Source: Candidatus Tepidifontimicrobium thermophilum
Lineage (GTDB): Bacteria > Sysuimicrobiota > Sysuimicrobiia > Sysuimicrobiales > Sysuimicrobiaceae
Length of the DNA: 64,000 nt
NCBI GenBank assembly: GCA_031459915.1
Contig: JAVKHO010000007.1
Location: 32,001 to 96,000 of the forward strand
Direction: 5' to 3'
In this document: piece by piece, positions 59,242 through 64,000 of the stretch
Layout of the letters: each line of letters begins with the position of its first letter
Position numbering within the stretch: the first letter of the stretch is position 1
Made by a program: the position numbers and the translations under genes
Notes under the pieces: model-generated
What the model saw: the letters and a program-made list of their open reading frames with translations, nothing else
Databases searched by the model: none
Told to the model about the DNA's origin: nothing

Positions 59242-60636
59242 ATGCTGGCGTGGATGTTCACCGACGAGCGATGGAGCTCCGTCCGGCGGTTCCTGTACGC
59301 GGGCGCGCTGTGGGGGATCCTGGCGCTGGCCTACGAGGCGCTGGCCGCCGCGCAGCGGGCCTGGCCGCAGGTCCTCGCGGACGTCCCCTGGGTGTCCCAC
59401 GGGCGGGTGGTGGCCACCGGACAGGACCTGTGGGTGTTCGGTTTCCTGTCCCACCTCCTGGTGGGCGCGGCGCTGCGGGTGGTGGGACAGGGCGACCGGG
59501 AGGGGCTGTGGAGCGAGCCCCTCGCGAACCTGAGCCTGTGGCTGTGGACTGTGGCGCAGGTGCTCAGCTGGTGGTGGATCTCCACGGGCTGGACCCGAGG
59601 CCGACCGCTCGGTGAGGCTCCCTGGCCGGTGGACCTGCTCCGGCTAGCGGGCGCGCTGCTTCTGTTGTGGGTGGTTCGCAACACGCTCGTCCGATCTCCC
59701 CGTAGGGACCCCGCGCTGGCCCTGGTGTTCGCGGGCTTCACCGGGCTGCCTCTGGTCCTAGTACTGGGGAAGGGCTTGTTCTGGCCCTTCGACAACCCCT
59801 ACCACGGGATCCTGGACGCTCTGAGCCAGGCGTTCCTGCGGGCAGGCCTGGTCTGGCTATGGGGGGTCCCGCTGGCCGGTGGGGTCTGCCTGTACGTCCT
59901 GTCGGCCCTGACCGGCCGGCGCGGGCTTTCGGAGGGAGTGGGCTTCGCCGCCCTGTTCGGCCTGGTCAGTTTCGGGGCTCTCGCTGGGCCCGCGGAGTTC
60001 GTGTGGGGTCCGGTGCCGTTCTGGGTGCAGACCGTGGGCGCTGTGGCGCAGGGGCTGCTGGTGTTGCCGGTGGCGACGCTGCTCGTGGGTGCCGCGCGGT
60101 CGCTGGAAGGGCACTGGCAGTCCCTCGGGGACCACCCCGGTGTGGTCTTCGTGCTGGCGGGCTGGCTGGCGCTGACCTCCGGCGTGTCTTTGAGCGCGCT
60201 GGCGTCCCTCGTGGGTCCCAGCCGCGTGGTGCACCTCTCCCTGTGGGGAGAGGGGGTGCGGGTTCTGGTGCTGGGCGGCTGTGCCGCGGTGGCCGTGGGG
60301 TGTGCGTACCTGCTGACGCCACACGTGCTGGGACGCTCGCTAGCGAGCCGGGCCCTGGCCTGGCGGCATCTGTGGCTGGTGGTGGTGGCGTGGGCGCTCT
60401 CTGCGCCCGCGCTGCTGCTGGCGGGTCTGAGCCAGGGTGCGGCTTGGGCCACGGGCACGGTGCCCTTCGCTCACGCGGTACAGGCCAGCCGGCCCCTGCT
60501 GGCCGTGGCCTGGGCCGCGGCTCTGCTGGTGTGGGTCGGCCAGGCGGTGTTCGCGTGGAACCTGTTCTTGACCTCAGACTCCGGGGAACCGGTTCCCGCA
60601 GCGGAGCAGGAGCTCCTGCCGGTGGCGGGGTCTTAG
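59242..60636 (+). CDS. degenerate cbb3-type oxidase subunit I (CcoN)-like membrane protein with no metal ligands
   Basis: About 12 TM; SHGRV, TRGRPLGEAPW, GPVPFWVQT, LAWRHLW, GLSQGAAW landmarks align with CcoN; followed by a CcoO-like gene. Confidence 0.75.
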   Translation: MLAWMFTDERWSSVRRFLYAGALWGILALAYEALAAAQRAWPQVLADVPWVSHGRVVATGQDLWVFGFLSHLLVGAALRVVGQGDREGLWSEPLANLSLWLWTVAQVLSWWWISTGWTRGRPLGEAPWPVDLLRLAGALLLLWVVRNTLVRSPRRDPALALVFAGFTGLPLVLVLGKGLFWPFDNPYHGILDALSQAFLRAGLVWLWGVPLAGGVCLYVLSALTGRRGLSEGVGFAALFGLVSFGALAGPAEFVWGPVPFWVQTVGAVAQGLLVLPVATLLVGAARSLEGHWQSLGDHPGVVFVLAGWLALTSGVSLSALASLVGPSRVVHLSLWGEGVRVLVLGGCAAVAVGCAYLLTPHVLGRSLASRALAWRHLWLVVVAWALSAPALLLAGLSQGAAWATGTVPFAHAVQASRPLLAVAWAAALLVWVGQAVFAWNLFLTSDSGEPVPAAEQELLPVAGS

Positions 60637-60671
60637 GAGTGCGCCAGGCGGTGGGTCCTGGAGGTGGTGCG

Positions 60672-61130
60672 GTGAGGGATGCCGTGGGAGCTGTAGGGCG
60701 GCTGGTGGTGGCCGCGGTGGTGTGCGGGTTTGTGGTGACCGCCCTCCTGCCCGCCCTAGATCCTGCGGTCCGGACCGCGCGGGCGGCGCCCCTGTCAGCC
60801 CAGGCGGCGCGGGGGCGGTGGGTGTACGTGAGGGAGGGGTGTGTGGTCTGCCACACCCAGCAGGTGCGAGGGGTGGAGGCCCGGTTCGGCGTGGTGCGCG
60901 CGCCGGGTGACGTGGGGCAGGCTTCAACTGCGGAGCAGTACTCCGGTCAGGACCCCGTGCTGCTGGGTCGGCTGCGCCTAGGGCCGGACCTGTCAAGGGT
61001 AGGGGCGCGTACCTCGGGACAGGAATTGCGGACGGCGCTGCTGTCGGGCACGGGGGGCATGCCCTCGTACCGGTACCTCTCGGACGCGGAGCTGGCTGAC
61101 CTGGTGGCGTACCTGCTGGCGCTGCGGTAG
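60672..61130 (+). CDS. CcoO/FixO-like monoheme cytochrome c
   Basis: GRWVYVREGCVVCHTQQVR, RLGPDLSRVG, MPSY. Confidence 0.88.
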   Translation: MRDAVGAVGRLVVAAVVCGFVVTALLPALDPAVRTARAAPLSAQAARGRWVYVREGCVVCHTQQVRGVEARFGVVRAPGDVGQASTAEQYSGQDPVLLGRLRLGPDLSRVGARTSGQELRTALLSGTGGMPSYRYLSDAELADLVAYLLALR

Positions 61131-61138
61131 GAGGCGAC

Positions 61139-61684
61139 ATGGGAAACGAAACGACCACCGCGAGGCCTTCCCGCTGGCTGCTGGCGCTGTACGTGCTGCT
61201 GCCTTTGTGGGCCCTGGCGTACCTGTTCGTGGCGGGTGGGCTGGTGCAGCCGGAAATCAGGCCGGTGGCGCGGAACGTGGAGGGTGTTTCTGCAGGCACC
61301 GCCGCGGCGCCGGACGGCTCCGAGCACGTGATGGGCATCCTGGCGGTGGTCCCGGAGGACGCCAGGGACGACCAGCCCCCGCGTCCGGTGACGGACGCCA
61401 TGCTGGCCCAGGCGAAGGCCCAGTACGACACCCTGTGCGCGGTGTGCCACGGACCCGAGGGACGCGGGGACGGCCCCGCGGGCGCGGCCCTGAACCCGAA
61501 ACCCCTCAACTTCCACTTCCGGGCCTTTCAGGAACGGATGCCGGTGGGCGCTACCCACTGGGTGATCAAGAACGGCCTGGGCAACACTCCCCGCCGCAGC
61601 GGGATGCCGGCCTTCGGCCAGCTACCGGACGACCAGATCTGGGCCCTGGTGGAGTACGTCCGGCGGCTGGGCCGCCAGCCATGA
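61139..61684 (+). CDS. membrane-anchored monoheme cytochrome c
   Basis: N-terminal TM, CAVCHG..GDGP, GMPAF. Confidence 0.9.
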   Translation: MGNETTTARPSRWLLALYVLLPLWALAYLFVAGGLVQPEIRPVARNVEGVSAGTAAAPDGSEHVMGILAVVPEDARDDQPPRPVTDAMLAQAKAQYDTLCAVCHGPEGRGDGPAGAALNPKPLNFHFRAFQERMPVGATHWVIKNGLGNTPRRSGMPAFGQLPDDQIWALVEYVRRLGRQP

Positions 61685-62658
61685 CGCAGGCCGCGGCAGA
61701 CGCCCTGGCCTCCGCCTACGCCCCGGTTCGCGAGGACCTGGAGCGGCTGCAGGACCTGCTGCGCCAGGAACTGGCGGCCCACGACCCCTTCCTCATGGAG
61801 CTGGTGTCGCATGTGCTGCATACCCGCGGCAAGATGGTGCGGCCGGCCCTGGCGTTCCTGTGCGCGCGCCTGGCAGGAGGGGGAGGGGCGCACCGTGACC
61901 TGGTGGCTGCGGCGGTGGAGCTCATCCACGTGGCCAGCCTCATCCACGACGACGTGATCGACGAGGCCGACCGCCGGCGCGGTCAGGCGACGCCCAACGC
62001 CCGGTGGGGCAACCACGTGGCGGTGTTGCTGGGTGACTACCTGTTCAGCAAGGCCTTCCACCTGCTCTCCCGAGTCGGGCGGGACGACGTGGCGAGCCGG
62101 GTGGCCTTCGCCACCGTGCGCATGAGCCAGGCGGAGCTGCTCCAGGTCAAGTACGGCAACACCCCGCACACGGACGAGTCGGTGTACTTTGCCATCGTGG
62201 AAGGCAAGACCGCCCAGCTGGTGTCCTCCGCGTGCGCGGGAGGGGCGCTGGTGGGGGGAGGGGACGGGGATCTGGCGGAGCGGCTGGGCACCTTCGGGCT
62301 GCACTGGGGCGTGGCCTTCCAGATCACCGACGACACCCTGGATCTCACCAGCGACCCGGAAGTCCTAGGCAAGCCGATTGGCAGCGACGTCCGGGGAGGG
62401 AAGGTCACCCTGCCCTTGATCCACGCGCTCCGCCACGCGGACGAGCAGGGGCGCCGGCGGCTGGAGAAGTGGATCCGGGCAGGCGAGCTGGCCCCGCTCC
62501 GGCACGCCCTGGAGACATCCGGGTCCTTCGCCTACGCCCTGGAGGTGGCCCGGCAGCACGCCCAGCGGGCGCTCCGCATCCTGGAGACACTTCCGGGAGG
62601 GCCGGAGCGTGACAGCTTGGCGGCCCTCACGGAGTTCGTGGTCTCCCGCCGCCACTAG
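61681..62658 (+). CDS. long-chain polyprenyl diphosphate synthase (quinone side chain)
   Basis: GKMVRP, LIHDDVID..RRG, GKTA, FQITDDTLD, GKVTLP. Confidence 0.93.
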   Translation: MTQAAADALASAYAPVREDLERLQDLLRQELAAHDPFLMELVSHVLHTRGKMVRPALAFLCARLAGGGGAHRDLVAAAVELIHVASLIHDDVIDEADRRRGQATPNARWGNHVAVLLGDYLFSKAFHLLSRVGRDDVASRVAFATVRMSQAELLQVKYGNTPHTDESVYFAIVEGKTAQLVSSACAGGALVGGGDGDLAERLGTFGLHWGVAFQITDDTLDLTSDPEVLGKPIGSDVRGGKVTLPLIHALRHADEQGRRRLEKWIRAGELAPLRHALETSGSFAYALEVARQHAQRALRILETLPGGPERDSLAALTEFVVSRRH

Positions 62659-62731
62659 GCCCCATTGGAGGCGTGACCCACCCGGGCGGTCGCCTGGTGG
62701 CGGCCGCGCAGCTCGGGTACACTGCCTCTCG

Positions 62732-63934
62732 GTGGAGGCGGTGCGGCACTGGCTGGACAGCCTGCGGACGCCCCTGGGGAGGGTGCGGGAGGCCATGGTG
62801 TCGTTCGCCGTGGCCACCACCTCGCGTCACCTGGAGGCGTACCGGGAGGTGGTGGTCAGGCGGTGGCGGGCCTCCCTGCAGCGCCGCGTGGCCCGGTACG
62901 CCGAACACCCGGATCTGTCTGACCGCTGGGGGAAGCAGACGGTGGACTTGCTGGTCCAGGTGATGCGGGCCCGGGGCGAGGTGGAGCGGCTGGAGGCCCG
63001 CGACCGGGTCTTCGAGCACGCGCACCGGGTGGCCTCCGAGCAGCTGGAACTGGGGTTCAGCCTGGAGGAGATCCTGCAGGCTCTGAGCCTGCTGCGCAGC
63101 AGCCTGTCCGCCCAAGTGCAGGTGATGCTGAGCCGGCGGCTGTGGGTGGCATTCCCCCCTGACGTGATGCTGGCCACGGAGCGGGTCCACGAGGCCATCG
63201 ACCTGCAGATGCTGGCCATCGGCCAGGCCTACCTGGAGGCCCGGGACCGGGTGATCCGGGAGAAGCAGCGGGACCTGGAGGAGAGCAACGAGAAGCTGCG
63301 GACCCTGCTGCGGGAGATGCACCACCGGATCAAGAACAACCTGCAGACCCTCGCCGACCTCCTGTACCTGGAAGCCCTCGAAGCAGGGGGAGCTGCCCGC
63401 AAGAGCCTCCTGGACAGCATCGGCCGGGTGAAGAGCATCGCCGCGGTGCACCAGATGCTGTCCGCGGACCGCATCGAGGCGGTGGAGGTACGCCGGCTGG
63501 CGGAGCGCATCGGGGAGATCATCGGGCGGGACCTGGTCCGAGCGGGCCGTGCGGTGCGCGTGGAGATCCAGGGTCCGGAGGTGTGGCTGCCGAGCAAACA
63601 GGCCACAGCCCTGGCCCTGGTGCTAAGCGAGCTGATCCACAACGCGCTGGAGCACGCCTTCCCGGACGGGCGCGGGCGGGTGGTAGTGCACCTCGGGCAG
63701 GTGGGCCAGGAGGTGTGGGTGAGGGTCCGGGACGACGGGGTGGGCCTGCCGCCGGATTTCTCCGTGGAGCGGCACGGACACCTGGGCCTGCGTATCGTCC
63801 GGGACCTGGTGAGCCGTGACCTGCGGGGCACCTTCTCCCTTCGCTCGGAGGGCGGGGCGGTGGCGGAGGTGCATTTCCAGGTGCCCGAGGCCGGGGAGGA
63901 AGTGGGGCCGGCGGTCGGGGAGGTGACGGCGTGA
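62732..63934 (+). CDS. soluble sensor histidine kinase (HisKA_2, PdtaS/EutW class)
   Basis: LREMHHRIKNNLQ, ELIHNALEHAF, DDGVG, LGLRIV; no TM; start uncertain. Confidence 0.88.
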   Translation: MEAVRHWLDSLRTPLGRVREAMVSFAVATTSRHLEAYREVVVRRWRASLQRRVARYAEHPDLSDRWGKQTVDLLVQVMRARGEVERLEARDRVFEHAHRVASEQLELGFSLEEILQALSLLRSSLSAQVQVMLSRRLWVAFPPDVMLATERVHEAIDLQMLAIGQAYLEARDRVIREKQRDLEESNEKLRTLLREMHHRIKNNLQTLADLLYLEALEAGGAARKSLLDSIGRVKSIAAVHQMLSADRIEAVEVRRLAERIGEIIGRDLVRAGRAVRVEIQGPEVWLPSKQATALALVLSELIHNALEHAFPDGRGRVVVHLGQVGQEVWVRVRDDGVGLPPDFSVERHGHLGLRIVRDLVSRDLRGTFSLRSEGGAVAEVHFQVPEAGEEVGPAVGEVTA

Positions 63935-64000
63935 AGGACCGTCTGCGCATCCTCATCGCGGACGACGAGGCCATCCGGGTCATGACCCTGAGGACCCAGC
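63931..64000 (+). CDS. response regulator N-terminus (truncated by window)
   Basis: MKDRLRILIADDEAIR; GTGA overlap with the kinase. Confidence 0.8.
   Translation, partial: MKDRLRILIADDEAIRVMTLRTQ

Noticed and set aside
59242..61130. Functional cbb3 oxidase or NO reductase
   Set aside because: All six heme/CuB His ligands are absent from the subunit I-like protein.
54290..61684. Clade II nos cluster or alternative complex III
   Set aside because: No nosZ/nosD/nosL, no NrfD-type or molybdopterin-fold subunit and no pentaheme cytochrome in the window.

Overview
A gene-dense, very GC-rich bacterial chromosomal segment, almost entirely on the + strand. The gene content suggests a Terrabacteria lineage such as Armatimonadota/CSP1-3 (inference only). 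The first ~43 kb is mostly housekeeping: tilS-ftsH, pncA, kptA, a folate/biotin/CoA cluster (ftcD-folP-folB-folK-birA, a pan-motif leader, an ECF S-component, coaX), greA, clpC, hpt, cutA-surE, ftsEX-envC-ctpA, a liv ABC transporter, tRNA-Ala(CGC), bcp, PBP1A, yebC-ruvCAB, yajC and gdh. The last ~21 kb is a respiratory super-cluster: hemACDBL, a GT2/BshB-like/BshC-like trio, ccmABCDE, then an unusual electron-transfer operon. That operon encodes a diheme c lipoprotein, a Rieske protein and two complementary cytochromes b. One cytochrome b keeps the Qo-side motifs but has lost both heme bH ligands. The other keeps all four His, has a degenerate Qo site and is fused to a 2x[4Fe-4S] domain. An MvhD-like [2Fe-2S] protein, three small membrane proteins, a CcoN-like protein lacking all six metal-ligand His, a CcoO-like cytochrome, another cytochrome c and a polyprenyl synthase follow. 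The best candidates for undescribed systems are this asymmetric Rieske/cytochrome b complex and the GT2-BshB-BshC-like pathway. No CRISPR array or intact mobile element was seen. All assignments come from reading motifs by eye; no searches were run.
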